From positions 3,410,001-3,474,000 of the forward strand of contig CM030332.1 of the NCBI GenBank assembly GCA_017654855.1: a stretch of DNA of 64,000 nt, read 5' to 3'. Each line of letters begins with the position of its first letter. Positions within the stretch are counted from its first letter, which is position 1. A program made the translations under genes and the position numbers. The DNA comes from Podospora anserina (lineage: Eukaryota). Below the pieces are notes generated by a model. That model searched no databases. It was not told the origin of the DNA and saw nothing but the letters and a program-made list of their open reading frames with translations. This document shows, piece after piece, positions 24,756-38,145 of this stretch.

Positions 24756-26106
24756 TTACTTCCTCCCCCAAGTATCCCCCTCAGGATACCTCGGCGGCGG
24801 GCTCCCCGTCACCCCCTGGCCACCGCCACTATCCAACTCAGCAGGCGCCGGCACCGGCGGCGGCGGCGGTGGTGTATATCCAAAAGGAGGTAGATACCCC
24901 GGCTGCGGACTCGCATGCGCAGAACTACATCTCCTTGTTAGCAACCAACCCATCTCTCACCACATCAACACTCGAGAGAAATACTCACCGATGCCCAAGC
25001 CCATAACTCCCCTCACTAAACCCCGTATGCTGCTGACTGACATACCCCGGTTGCGCACTCCCCGGCGGGCTGCTCCCCATCCCAGCATGGTATCCTCCCC
25101 CTCCACCGACAACCGGACTCCCATGTTGTCCAAACTGCCCATAAACCCCCCCATCACCAAACCCAGGAACGGTACCACCCCCCCCCGGACTCTTCGGATT
25201 ATAACTAGCAGCCTCAGCCATACTATTCCCCCTCCCCGCCCCAGCAAAGCTCTTCCGATAAGCCTTATCAAACCCACCCCTCCTCCCACACAAGTACAGC
25301 AACACGGCCGCCAGTACGACAACCGCCGCAGCCCCAATCGCAATCCCCGCTATCGCTCCCGGCGTCAGCCCCCCTCCCCCATTGTCGTTGTCGTTATCGC
25401 CACTAGGAACAGGACTCGCCATCGGACCATTCTTAGCACTCTCAGTAGGAAACGGCTCCCCCGGCTCCAACTGGAGCTTAGCCTGACTGGCCAAAGCAAG
25501 CTGGGCGTCAAACGTGGCCGTGGAATTCGGGTTTATGACTCCGATCATCTGCCAGTCGGTGCAAGAGCTTGGAGCGGCGCAGTAGAAGAATATGGGGAGG
25601 GTGTCGTTTACGCGGACTTCGTAGGAGGGGGGCTATACAAAAAGGGGGTTAGGACAAGATGGGGGATGTAGAGGGGAGGGGGGAAACATACCGGATTGAG
25701 AATAGCCTGCGGATTAAACACCCCCGTCCAGAACCCTTCCGTGTTCCCGTTTACGTATTCGTAGGGTATGCACGGGAAGCCGAATTCTGCTCGGGAGACG
25801 CGGTGGCCGCCGGGGTAGAAGTTGAACTCTGCAGAGACAACAGCGTTAGTATATTGTTTGGACATGGGAGAGGGGGAACGGACTGATGATATCCCCAACA
25901 TTGGCAGTTGTTTCCTTTGGTGTAAAGGCGTGCCCCTCAAGACCGACAGCTATTGTTCTTGTTGCTGGGGGGGTTGAAGTCGAAGACAGATCGGAAGCTG
26001 TTGGTGTCGGGGTTGGGACGACTGATGATGTGCTCAAATAGGTCAACTGAGCCATTGCTGTGGTTGAGAACGCAGCCAAAAGGCTGAGAGTATGTAATGA
26101 AACCAT
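24756..26106 (-). CDS. Extracellular Ser/Thr-rich cupredoxin-like protein with a single TM helix
   Basis: Signal peptide; HAFTPKETTANVGDII-FNFYPGGHRV...PC...PIFFYCAAPSSC...MIGVINP; TM GAIAGIAIGAAAVVVLAAVLLYLC. Introns ~25829-25883, 25633-25691, 24925-24988. Confidence 0.88.
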
Positions 26107-28257
26107 CTTGTGTGCTGATATATACTGGTGTATGAACACCAGGTATATGGAACTCTCCGTGTTGCAAGAAAAGAGCAAAACCAGAGCCGGTAAACAACCG
26201 CGGGTAAAACGGGAGGGGGCTTCTGTCTTAAAAGGTTTCCCTCTTCAATTGCTGACTGCTGCGCGTTTGAAGCCACAAACAGCGGTGGGTGGGTGGTGGT
26301 GTGGGTGTGGGTGTGGGCTATCTTCCCACTCGTCGAAAGGCGTAGCAAGATCAAGGTGGGGAGAGAAGAAGAAGAAGAAGAGGGGGGGTGTGCAGTAAGT
26401 CTGTCTGTCCTGGTGGCAAGGATGTCGGCACCGGGCCTCTCGATTGCTGGCGAGCGAGCCTTGTCCTCACTCGCAGGGAGCTGAGAGTATGTGCTCGATA
26501 AAGTCAGGATGCAGAACCAAATCACGGCAGTGGACCACAAACCTCCTAGATTTGGGGCAGCCGACCATTATGAACAAACCACCACCACAGATACAACCAC
26601 ATCAAATCGGGTGTCGCCATCACCCACACAGACAAAGAGGCTCAAAAAGTCGGATCACGGCTGCTGCCCCTGTCCCGCGCCAAGTGGAAGACAAGAAAAC
26701 GTGGTGACTAAACAGTCACAAAGAATCATCACACAAAGGGGTCTAGACTGATGTGGCGGAATAGCAACATCAGCATAGCCTTGGCTGGAATCCCCCCATC
26801 TCCTACTGTCTCTTTCGAGATTCGAAGCAAGCCCAAAATTCGACGTGCCTGTTGTGAGCAGCAGCAGCAGCAGCAGCCAAGATAGTGAGATCCCTTCCTG
26901 CCAAGGGGCCCTCTTCATGGCCCGACAAAAATAAACAAATAAAGACATAAAAAGGCTACCAACACTCGTTGGAACCCCATCCCCAAATCTCTACTGTTTC
27001 GTCTATTCTCTCTTCTGTCCCACAGAACCAAAGGCGAAGAACCTCCAAGTAACCTCAAACGGCCCTTTAAATCTGTGGCTTGACGTCTGCAGTCTTCCAG
27101 TTCGCAGTTTCACCACCATATTGTCCCAAAAAGGCAGGTAAAACCAAAAGAACAAATCAAAAAAAAAACGTCAGCAGAAAAGTCCAGCCCACTTGATGGC
27201 CGCCAAGGAGGGACGACAGATCCAGTGGAGCTGCCAACTTGCCAAGAGCCCATCAGCCGATACGGATCCGCACATAGGGCCGCGAGGTGCTCGAGGAAAT
27301 CCACGATTGGTCGGAAACATCACGACCTTCCCCACTTGAAGCTGGTCCAATCGTTGCCAAGGTCTGGCTCTTACCGTGTTGGGGATAGCTCTGCGAATCC
27401 CATCCTCAGCCCTGGGAACCCTGTAAACTTTAAAGGAACCCTCAAGAAGATACAGAGGCCGGCAGTTGCTTCACACTCAATACATCGAGACGGTATTTGG
27501 GAATACTGGACATATCGTTTGATTGTCTATGTGTATCGCATTGTACATGCCACGGATACCCGAAGCCGGCTGATGTTGGACTGGGGGCGGTTGACCATCA
27601 TGTCATCCTGCGGTGAATATCATCGCCTAACCGAACTGTTGGTCCTGCCTGTGGCTTATGCCCGTAGGAATTTGCCTTCCTGCGCCGTCAGATAGGATGG
27701 TTCATCGATTTCGCTTGTGCTTCGAACAAGGAGATTGTGCCAAATTAATGCCCAATCTCAGCATGATAGCTAACCACAATATTGTTGGAGTATGGATATT
27801 TTGCTCTCATCGTCCCGTCCCGTCCACCAACCATCTCATGGCCAAAGCAGCAACAGCCGTCGGGAGCAGCGCTGGCAAGGACTTTTGGCTAGCGTCGTGG
27901 TGAAATCCGCCAGTCTGGATCCCTTGCGCCATCCCCGCCTTTGGATACTGTCCCCCCAACGCCAAGGTCCGAGCCTCCACATGTCGAAGAGGGATCCGGA
28001 GACAAAGTGCGACATGCCAATTGAGTCGCTGTCGTGGCATATTCCATGCTCCGGGTTGTTGAAGCCTCAACCCTGCCACGGTGAATGGCCGAAGAGCGAT
28101 GGGGATCCTTCCGCTGACAGTTGGTGAACAACGCGTCCCGATTGGTTGTGAGGGATGTTTGTTTCCCGAGCTTTTCGACATCGAGATATGTATATCAAAC
28201 CATCGGTGACGGCCGTCCACATATTCAAGAAATCGTCGACACTTCACTAGTGCTGAT

Positions 28258-30076
28258 CTAGTTTGTTTTGGCCTTGCTCCTCTTGCCCGCCAAGGCCTGG
28301 GGCAAAATGTCACTCTGCAACACCAGTCTGCTAAAGCACCATAGATAGCACAGGGCGAAGCCAGCAGCTCCTACACCTACGTTAGCCACAACCCACAAGT
28401 CTGGCTTGTCCGAAGGCGGCTGTAAGTTAAGTTCGAGCACATGCCACATTGCCATGGCCAGGTAGAAGGCTCCATGAATCAAAGCCGTGACGATCTTCTT
28501 GAAAGATGCTTGACCGTCCAGAGTGTAGACGCTGAGCGAAGTTGGCGGTAATCCAAGAAGGTAGGCCCAGAGCAGCGTCAGTACAGCGTATGGCACGCGC
28601 AAGTCGACCCTCTGCAAAAGAGGGAACATGGTCCAGCAGCCCAGAATGTTGGCGAAACCAACCCAGGCCCTGATTTCCTTGCTCAGTCCCTGGCTTCCTG
28701 CCAGCAATAGTGTCATTGGTGCCAACGGAAGCAAGACGCTCTTTTCGTGAACCTGATAGCTGAACAGGAAAAAACCCCAAGCGGTTGTTGCGAAGGCCAG
28801 AGGGAGGAGATCCTTTCTCGGCCGGACCAGAAGGATCAGGTTGGGTGGAATGATGGAAGCGAGGGTCGCAATCAACGACATGCGCTGAAGCAACTCGGCC
28901 GGAAGGTGCTTGATCTTGACTACCACGTTCAAAGCACACCAAAAGTTGGCAACCTTGTCCTCAAACAAACCGCGGGCAAAGGGAAAGACCCGGTGGACCA
29001 TCTGAACGAGCTGCTCCACGATAGGGTAGTAAAACGCCTTGGGGTCAAGATAAGCTGCCAATCCGTGGAACAATGGTAGTGGTGCTGGCTTTGACCGAAT
29101 GCCCTGCTTCCACTCCTTGTAGGCACCGAGGACGAAAGGCAAAAGCAGAATAGCGAAAGCAATAACCGTAACTAGCGCAATCCTGATGAACCGCAACACG
29201 TTGATCTTGGGAGAGAAGCAGCTCCCAAGAAGGAATGCAAACACCGGGAAAGCGTAGTACAGCGCCATCTGCTTGAACCCAAGAGCAGCAACGAAGAAAA
29301 CCGCAGACCACAAGTATCGACCAGCAAGCATGCTCGACATGCTCGCCACCACAAATCCAAGCATAACGGTATTGTACTGAAAATGGATATGATCGATCAG
29401 GATGTTCCCCGGTTGCATGAGGATGGCGGCGAGAGAAATCGAAGCCGACCAGCTCGTAACGCCGCTTAGCCTGCTGAAACGACGGACGAAGATGACGACG
29501 GCGGGGATGTAGATCAGGTATTCAGACACCATCACAGTCCCCCTCATGAATATCTTCAGGTTCGGATCATGTACACCGCGGGACTTGTAGAGGGCGAACC
29601 ACGAAGGATCAATGAGCGAACCGATCTTGCCGCAGAGCCAGCTGTGGTAGGCCGTCAATGGTGGGTAATCGAGACCCCACCATTGCAAATCGTGAAAGTA
29701 CCATTGCGTGATGGGTAGGTGTGTTGTAATTTCCATCCAGTGCCTCTGTGCCTCGTAGTCGCCGAACATGGGTGGTTTCTGGAAGCCTATGTAAACGTCA
29801 GTCTTCGGACAACATTTCAGAAACTGAACAGCGAACTATACCAGAATACCCCCAAAGACTAGCCGCCCACCTAAAAAGACCAACGACCATCAAGATTATG
29901 GGGAGTATCTCCCATTGCGACGCAGAGCCCCTGGCGGGCCAGAAGAAAGCTGCGAGGGGGAACGATGGGGCGCGTCCTGAGGATTCGACAGAGATCGAGT
30001 GGCCGAGGTTGCTGGGCCCGCCAGCTCCTTTGGCCTTTCGCCTTGGCTTGTGAGGTGATGGCGTGTGTCCTGCCAT
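28258..30076 (-). CDS. ALG6: Dol-P-Glc:Man9GlcNAc2-PP-Dol alpha-1,3-glucosyltransferase (GT57)
   Basis: PPMFGDYEAQRHWMEIT, WGLDYPPLTAYHS, DHIHFQYN, FPFARGLFEDKVANFWC, FSYQVHEKS; intron 29787-29841. Confidence 0.97.
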
Positions 30077-30432
30077 GATCGCCGAGTCTGTGGTGATTTC
30101 AACAAGAAAAGAAGTCCAAGTGCGCGTCTCTGGAACTTTTTGGTGCCGCTGACAGCAATCTGTCATGTGCTGTGGAGTTCCAATTCGTGCCAGGTGCTCC
30201 ACTTGACAGGGGAGCTGCCCGTGGGGTTTCTTGGGGAAAGCTCCAATCTCCGGTCGACAGGGGTCCGTTTGCGCCCAGCGACACGGTCCGCCAGCAGCTG
30301 CCCGTGACCTGTGATGTCACCCCTGAAAAGAGCTGCCCCTCCCCTGATGAACCCCTCGTCGCGCCTATCGTGAAGCTTCACAACTGAGTTGGTGATGTTC
30401 TATTCTCTATATATGCAACGTCTCTAACCAAA

Positions 30433-31952
30433 ATGCCTTACCCCTTCACCCTCCCCACCACCTCCTCCTTCTCCTTCTCCTCCTCCTTCACCTGCGAATC
30501 CCACCCCTCCCTCCCCCTCAACGCCAGCACCCACCGCGGCGTGGTCCGCGACACCCTCAAAAAGTTCAAACGCTTGCCCCCCCATTCCCAATTCCCCGCC
30601 CTCTCCTCCCTCATCTCCTCCCTCCACTCCTACCTCCCCTACCTCTTCGCCCTCGACGCCGGCCTCACCCCCCACCCTTCCCACCACCACCCCGAAGAAA
30701 TAACCGTAACGCTCCTCACCGCCCCCCAAATCCAATGGCGACCAACCCTCTCCTCCCTCCCCCCCATCCCCGGCCGTGAGCCCCCCCGCCTGAAAATCAC
30801 CTCCCTCGAATACGACCTCTTCTTCACCCTCACCACCCTCGCCGCAGCCCTCACCCTCCAATCCCGCCTCCACCTCCACCCCCTCTACCTAACCACCACC
30901 GCCCCCGTCGGAACCACCCAGCGCCAAGCCGCCATCTCCTCCGCGACCAAATCCCTCCTCGACGCAGCCTCCATATACGACTACCTATCCACCCGCTCCG
31001 AATCTCTTTCCTCGCCTCCCCCGTCGAACGACATATCCCCCCCCACCATCCGCGCGCTTCGATCCCTCGCCCTAGCCGAAGCAACACTGCTAGCCGTCCT
31101 AAAAGACGACCCTTACCCTGCCATCGTCCTCCAGCAGCGCAACGAGAATGACACGGAGTGGATGTACAAATCCCCCGACATTCCCAAAGTCCGCGCCCAC
31201 CTCTTTGCTCGGCTCTGTCTTGCTGCTGCGGAGCACGCTAGCCAGGCTTATGCGCTGGTGAACAGCCACAAGATCAATGCTGATTTTATCAAATACCTTG
31301 ATGACCTGAGGCGGACGGCCAGGGCGAAAGCCTGTCGGTTTTTCGGGATTGATGCTGAGCTGGGAGGGGAGCAGGGGAAAGGGATAGGGTGGTTGTGGGC
31401 TGGGTTGAAGGAGTTGGGTGTGGAGCGGGAAGGAAAACATGGCTCCTCTGGTAGTGGGGAGAAGGCAAAGTCGTCGTTGATGAAGGGGCTCAAAAAGGAG
31501 TGGACAGAAAGGAGGGAGGATAAAAAGATTGAAAAGGGGCTGGATTGGGGCGCGGATGCGGGGAGGTTAGAGGAAAGAAGGGTGATTGAGATGTTGGAGG
31601 GGAAGTGGGTGAGGCAGAATGATACGGTACGTTGTTTGCTGGGCGAAGGGATCATTGCAAATATATATATGGCTAACAACTTTCAAAAAAGATCATGACA
31701 CAACCCATCCCACCCATCGGCCCACTGTTGGCGCAAATGCCTACCGGTCGAGAAATCCATACTGTCAAGCCCTTCCAGCCACCACTGCTTGAACCAAACG
31801 TTTTGGAGGCGATGAGAGCGCCCCCAGACAGGTCAGATGAATATGGGAACTACCCCAGTTCAGACGAGGAAACAGCTGTAGATTCCTCCATTGCGGGCGC
31901 CTTCCCCGGCACACAAGGGGAATACAGGACAGGAACACCAAATTATTACTAG
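30433..31952 (+). CDS. palC: pH-response regulator PalC (BRO1-like domain)
   Basis: [12 protein letters not shown]-terminus, DDPYPA...[46 protein letters not shown]-terminal YY; intron 31627-31691. Confidence 0.9.
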
Positions 31953-32310
31953 CAGCTGACTGATATAATGACATTTGGGGACATGATCACGAAAAACTAC
32001 ATATATCACAGAGCCGGGGAAAAGCAAGCGACCGTTCTATACCCTTTTTTTTGTAACAAGAAAACATGATATCATTTTTGTTTTCACCATAAAGCGAAAC
32101 CTCAAGACACACCTACCCCAAAATATATACCTATGAACCAATGCTCCCGTCTCTGAAAAAGTCCTAGTGATTCCCCTGTCCCGGTTTCCAAGGAGCCCTG
32201 ACAGCCGGAATCTTGACTCCTCCTATCACTGTGCTGCCATATTTTTGTTTTATTTTTCGCTCGACGCCGCCCTTATTGACGAAGGCGGGCCCCTTCAAGC
32301 TCTTGTTCAT

Positions 32311-32610
32311 CCTCCTCCTCTGATTCCTCCTCTCACTTCTGTTTTAGCCTCCTTCTCCTGCTGCTTCTTTCTGATTTTGTCAAAAGCCCCCTTTTTCGTG
32401 TCAGCAGGCTTTTTGGGCCTCTTGGGCCTTTCGGGCTTCTAGTCCTCTGGTAAATCTTCCGGCTCCTCCTCTGATTCCTCCTCTCGCTTCTGTTTAGCCT
32501 CCTTCTCCTGCTGCTTCTTTCTGATTTTGTCAAAGGCCCCCTTTTTCGTGTCAGCAGGCTTTTTGGACCTTTTGGGCCTTTCGGGCTTCTAGTCCTCTGG
32601 TACGTCTTCC
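32311..32610. repeat. Two-copy ~150-bp tandem duplication downstream of LEO1
   Basis: TGATTCC at 32321 and 32472; CTTCTAGTCCTCTGGTA at 32436 and 32586. Near-identical units, with one 1-nt indel in the gene-distal copy. Confidence 0.95.
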
Positions 32611-32669
32611 TCCTCGGGGGTGTCACGGCGCTCTTTCTTCTCCTCAACGGGCCTCTCAGACTGCTGCTC

Positions 32670-33949
32670 CTATTCGTCATCATCATCATTAACAACCCGC
32701 CTCCTGCGGCGATGAGAAGCAGCCGGGGCGTCGTCATCATCATCCCCATCAGCATCCTCCTCCGGGTCAGCCGTCCTCTGCCTCTTCGCCCTCGGCCTCT
32801 CATCCTCATCCTCATCATCCAGAATATCCTCCTCCTCGTCATCCTCGACGACATCATCATCTTCGTCACTACCGACCAAAAACCCGTCGTCCATGTCGTA
32901 GTTGTCCGTGCGGCGCGCCCCGCTGGGAAGATCATCGTCAGAATCATATTCAGGACGGCGATGCTTCTTCTTGGCTCCGCCCGGCGCACCACGTTTCCTG
33001 GATCCTCCCGCTCCACGCCTACCCTCCAAGTCGCCAATGGAAAGAGCCCCGCCCTTGTACCGACTCCCTGCTCCCTCAGAGCGCGCAGCCGCTGTCTCCC
33101 GACGGCGCTGGTTCTTTGCCCGTTCCTTCTCGGCGAGCTCGGCCTCTCTCTTCTTGCGCTCGGGGTCCTCGTTGGTGGCGATGAGCCTGCTGGTGGTGCT
33201 CTCCTTCTTGTTCATATTAAGACCTGCCACCAGGCGGTCGAAGGCGGCATCCTGGAGTTCCTCGGGAGGCTTGATGGAGTATTGCTCGGTGTAGTGACCG
33301 ACGATTAACAAGGAATTGGTCGTTAGATGGGCAGCTGCCGCGTATTCATGTGCATCCTTAACGTCTTGATACGGCTCATTAGGCGGTCCGACGAGTGAGT
33401 TGGATGTGATCTCGTAGTGATCGTCTCCGATCTGGAGGGTCGTGGAACCATCGCTCCATCTGTGAATGTTGGCATTGCTCTTAAGCTTCCCCGTCTTGTG
33501 ATCGCGGCGCCACATGATTGATGGGATGGGGTTTTCGGAATTGGCATTGTTGAGCTCCCACTTGGAGGGCTGCCACTCGTCGGGTTTGTATTCCACTGGG
33601 TTGAACTTGAGGAAGTTTGGTACTTTGAGGTTGTGAAGCTGTTGGTGGGAACTATTAGTGATGCATTGGAGCCATTGATACAGAGACCCATTCTTACCGT
33701 GTTGTCTTTTGATTTTGGGATTCGATGCCGGTAGAGAGGGATCGATTCGGCCAGGTGGTGAGAGTCTCTATCCTCACGCGGGTAATCGTCCTCATCTTCG
33801 ATGCGGTCACGGTCATCCTCTCTGTCCGATTCCAGGTCGCGATCGCTAAGCATATTGCCCTGATCCGACATCACCTCGTCCCCCTCGTCTCCAAAGAGGT
33901 CGTCACCACCCTCCTCGGGGAGGTCGATAATATCCTCCGAGTCGGACAT
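32670..33949 (-). CDS. LEO1: RNA polymerase II-associated Paf1 complex subunit Leo1
   Basis: Acidic termini, KVPNFLKFNP, WRR...KSNANIHRWSDGSTTLQIGD Leo1 signature; intron 33639-33697. Confidence 0.93.
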
Positions 33950-34422
33950 GATGGAGGAATTGCCTGTTGTTAATCGGGTTTCTTTGGTAGAATCGGATGG
34001 AAAACGCTGTCGCGATCGAGTCTGATGACAGGTAAGGCGATCGTGATTTTCCTAACAATAAAGGAAAAGGAAGAGTGTGAAGGACTGTGGAGTGCGCTTG
34101 GAAGGTTTGCGGTTGCTCTCGAAGCTCGACACCACCGGCGGCGCGTTGCCGATTGGAAGTGTGGCTCAAGAACGCGCTAAGAAAATATCCGATAACGATA
34201 AGAATTGGCTTGGTTGGGTACATGTGGCGGTGCATATGGCGGGGATCCCCTCCAAGGTGGTGAGGTGCTGGCACTGTCAGGGGTCCAGGCGCTCCAGCAG
34301 CAGACCGATTCGATACAAGAAACAATTTCGTGACGGGGTTTAGTCAACGCTACATCGTACGAAAACACCTTGTTTCAACCTGTTTCCCGGACGGCTGCTC
34401 TCCAGACATACTCACACCGACA

Positions 34423-36224
34423 ATGTCCAACCTCTTTTCTGGAATGTGAGTCGCCTCCATCCGCTCCGTCTCCTGTTCCCCGCAAACCTCCATCTCTCGC
34501 CAAAGCCCTCCCCCATCTCGGTCCAGCGAGCCCAATCTCCCAGTCCGCACCCAAGAGCGAGGCAAGAGCTTCTCAAACTCAACTCTTTTGTGTTTTTGCC
34601 CCTGTTTTTGGTTGATTTATACATCTGCCGCTCTACCAAGTGGTTGTCAGCGCTTGCTGCTTGCTGCTTGCTGCTTGCTGTATGCAAGGGTAGCTGGGAA
34701 TGGGTTGGGCCCTGCAGTTACCATGCCGCCTCCCAAAACGTTCAGACCCGAGAACCTGGGTTTGATACAAACAACCCAGTCACATTCTCAGCTGTCGATC
34801 AAGACCACGCTGCTCAGATCTCCCTCTTCATGTTTTAGATTGGGGAAGAGATGGATATAGGGGCTCTGGCTCTCAGACCAGGCAGTAATAAAAGATCCAC
34901 AAGTGTGGTTTGTTGCCCAACCGGGCACCCTTGGCTTGTTTCAAGTACAAGGCTGTCTGTTTCCTTCTTCTGGTCATCCAAAATAGTTGACACAAGGAGA
35001 AGGGGGGCGGACTTTGCTGAAACTATTTCGATCTTCTGGGCCTCTTGCATATATATTCTCCGCTCTACAACACACTAGCTCGGGTTTTAGCCGCGCTGAC
35101 ACATATATGTTATCTAGAAACGCCCGCTTCAGAGGCCAAAGAAGCCCAAACTCACCCGGTCCTGAACAGCAGCAGCACGCTCAGTCTCCTGTTCTTCCTC
35201 CGGAAATCCAAACACCCACTTCCACCACCTCAGTCAAGCTCCCACCACTTCCTACTTCGCCATCTCTGGCCGAGACCATCGGCATGGACCAATCAAGTGG
35301 CATGATCCCCACCGCAGAGGAGGTTTTGACCTCATATCACCTCCCCCCAACCAAGCCGCTCTGGCTAAATTGCAACTATGCAAAGCACATTGTCAAGGGT
35401 AACTTCTTGACCCTCAGCGCGAAGCCCAAGACTGTGGAGATGGGAGAGTGGGTTGCTCATCAAGGTAAGCTAGCAACATGCCATGGCGGTCAAGACAGGG
35501 GCCGTACATTGACCAATGTTCATAGTTGTTGACCACTGGCGAATGCTCGTAACATTCATCCGCCTGGTGCACGACAAGGAAGAGGATGGAACATCTATCT
35601 GCAACTCCAGAAGGTGTCCCAAGATGTCAGCCGGAGCGTAGGTGACACCCAGCAAGACCGTATCATCATCACCCACTAACAATCACCAGCAACCACTCCT
35701 TCACCTGGTTAAACTCCCGGCTCCAACCCGTCGAGATCCCAGCATACGAGTACCTCACCCTCGTACAACGATACATCTCTGGCAAAATCGACGACAACAA
35801 CATCTTCCCCTGCGACCCATCCGGCGTTTCCTACGCCGACAACCCGGCCTTTTGCACCCCCGTCCCAGAATCCGGCCAGGAGTGGATCGGAAAGAGAAGC
35901 GGCTTCCCCCAGAACTTCATGGAGACATGCCAGACCATCTTTCGGCAAATGTTTCGGGTTTATGCCCATCTGTACTGGTCCCACTTTGACGACCTGTTTG
36001 CCCTGAACCTGGAGAAGTCGATGAACAGCTGCTTTAGCCACTTCATCCTGACGGCCACGACGCTCAACCTCCTTAAGAAGGCGGATCTGGAGCCGATGCA
36101 GCCGTTGATTGATTTGTGGGCTGCACTGGGGACTTTTCCTCAGGGGAGCAAGGCTTTTGAGGTGGCGAACTTGGCTGTGGGACAGCTGTTGGTGCAGAAG
36201 GCGGGTGGACCCCCGCAGAACTAG
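34423..36224 (+). CDS. MOB2: MOB kinase activator, Mob2-type (NDR/COT1 co-activator)
   Basis: Exon 1 MSNLFSGI joined across intron 34446-35117 to NARFRG; IVKGNFLTLSAKPKTVEMGEWVAHQ, CPKMSAG, IFRQMFRVYAHLYWSHF. Further introns 35465-35525 and ~35638-35688. Confidence 0.9.
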
Positions 36225-36937
36225 GTAGGGGGCGTTTGTTGGTGGCTAGCGGGCTAGTAGTGGAAGAAGGTGAAGGAGAGGGATGAATATTTTGGAAGGG
36301 ATTTTTTTTTGGAAGCATGGCATTTTTGGTGCGCGGGATTTCGCAGATACACACACACAGACACACACACACACACACATCTGGGCTTGAGAGACATGGC
36401 GAAACTAAAAAGGACAAGACCGGACACAGGGTGGAAGTTGTCGTGTCGAAGAGCATCAAAGTTACGTTGCATTATATACAAAGGGGAAAAACTGGTAGTC
36501 CTGCTGAGTTGCATGAGCTAGAACATGAAGGCAATACAATCCAGATTTTATAACCATCTCAAGTGACCACTAGTTTATGTGTCATTATTGTTTGTTTATT
36601 ATTCATATCATCTACTAGGATATACCTCATGAATGATTATACAGCTTGTACCTCTCTCTCTCTCGTCCCAATAGACATCTAATCTCCGCTGTACACATAG
36701 TTGCTCTTCCCTTTCATCCACCTAATGTCACAACAGCAAAAAGCTGTTCCTAACAAGAGCAAGTGGTCAAAAAAAAAAGAAAAAAAAGAAACCTATACCC
36801 CGTCCCGGCCCCTAGGTACTCCAAGTGTGTGTATGCAAAACAATTCAACCGTGCCCAACCCCTCCCACCCACCCTCTCAACCCAGTGGTATCCAAACCCC
36901 CAACCACTCTCCCCCCTCCCCATCCCCCCTCGTCTTT

Positions 36938-38073
36938 TCAGACAATATTATAAACCCTCTTCGCAATCAAATAACACGCCAGACCAAAAACCAACAATCC
37001 CCCGGTGATACACCAAAACCAAACCAACCCCGCCTCCGACTCCTGCCCCGGCACCAACACATTCATCCCCCACAGCCCAGTAATGATGTTCATAGGCAGT
37101 ACAATCGTCCCCAGAACCGTCAACTTCCCCAGCACATCCGCCGTCTGCTCCTGCCTCTCATTCATCCTAATGTTGATCTGCGCCAAATAATTCCCATGAG
37201 ACCTCGCCAAGATCCTATATCCTTTGTCAGCACTCACCACCAGCCTTGATACCTGACAACAGGAAGACTTACTTCTCATAATGACTCAAATTCGACGTCA
37301 TCGTCACAATATGATCCTGAATATCCCCCAAATACAACCCAATCTCACTCCTCGGTGCAACCTCCCAATGCTCATTACACCTTTTAGCAAACCCCTTGAT
37401 CACATCCGCCTTGTTCCCCAGCAACCGATACAAACTCATCACCTTCTTCCTGCAATCCCCCACCCGCCTCAGCATGTCCCTCCCCGCCTCGGCATCGTCC
37501 CCCAACTCCCGCTTCTCATTACTACTCCCGTCCTGCTTGTTATTCCTACTACCATACGGATCCGTCGTCGCCGCGGCAGTAGTCGAGTGCAGCTGCAAAA
37601 TCTCATCATCAATATCGTCCACCTCGTCCTCAATGCTCTGAATCAACGGCCCAAACACGTCCGTGATGTCGTCGATGATCGCGTAGCTGATCCAGTCCGA
37701 CGACAGGATCAGATAGTCCCTCAGCTGTCGGATGCGCCGGCGGACGTTGGCAGGGTGGGGCGTCACGCTAAAGTGGAAGCTCAGCACACACTCCCTAAAC
37801 ACCACCACGTACATGTTCACCGGCTCCATGAAATTCTCGCTTGACTGGTCTTGGTCAAAAGACCGGTAGTTGACAAAGTAGTAATGCCGAAACAGTTCCA
37901 CCTTCTCCCGCTGCTCCTGCATCATGATGTCTTCTGCTGTCAACGGGTGGATTCCAAACGCCTTGGAGATGATCTTCATCTCTTGCTCTGTTGGACTCAG
38001 AATGTCAAGCCACCAGACTGGGCGCTCGCCATACCGGATGGGTTTTGGTTCCTTATGGGGGGTGGGGTGGAAG

Positions 38074-38145
<72 letters not shown>

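Noticed and set aside
32391-32565. TTTTTCGTG-TCAGCA-GGCTTTTT in the LEO1 downstream repeat resembles the 19-20 kb motif
   Set aside because: There is no intervening stem, and Lys-rich codons on the minus strand explain it.
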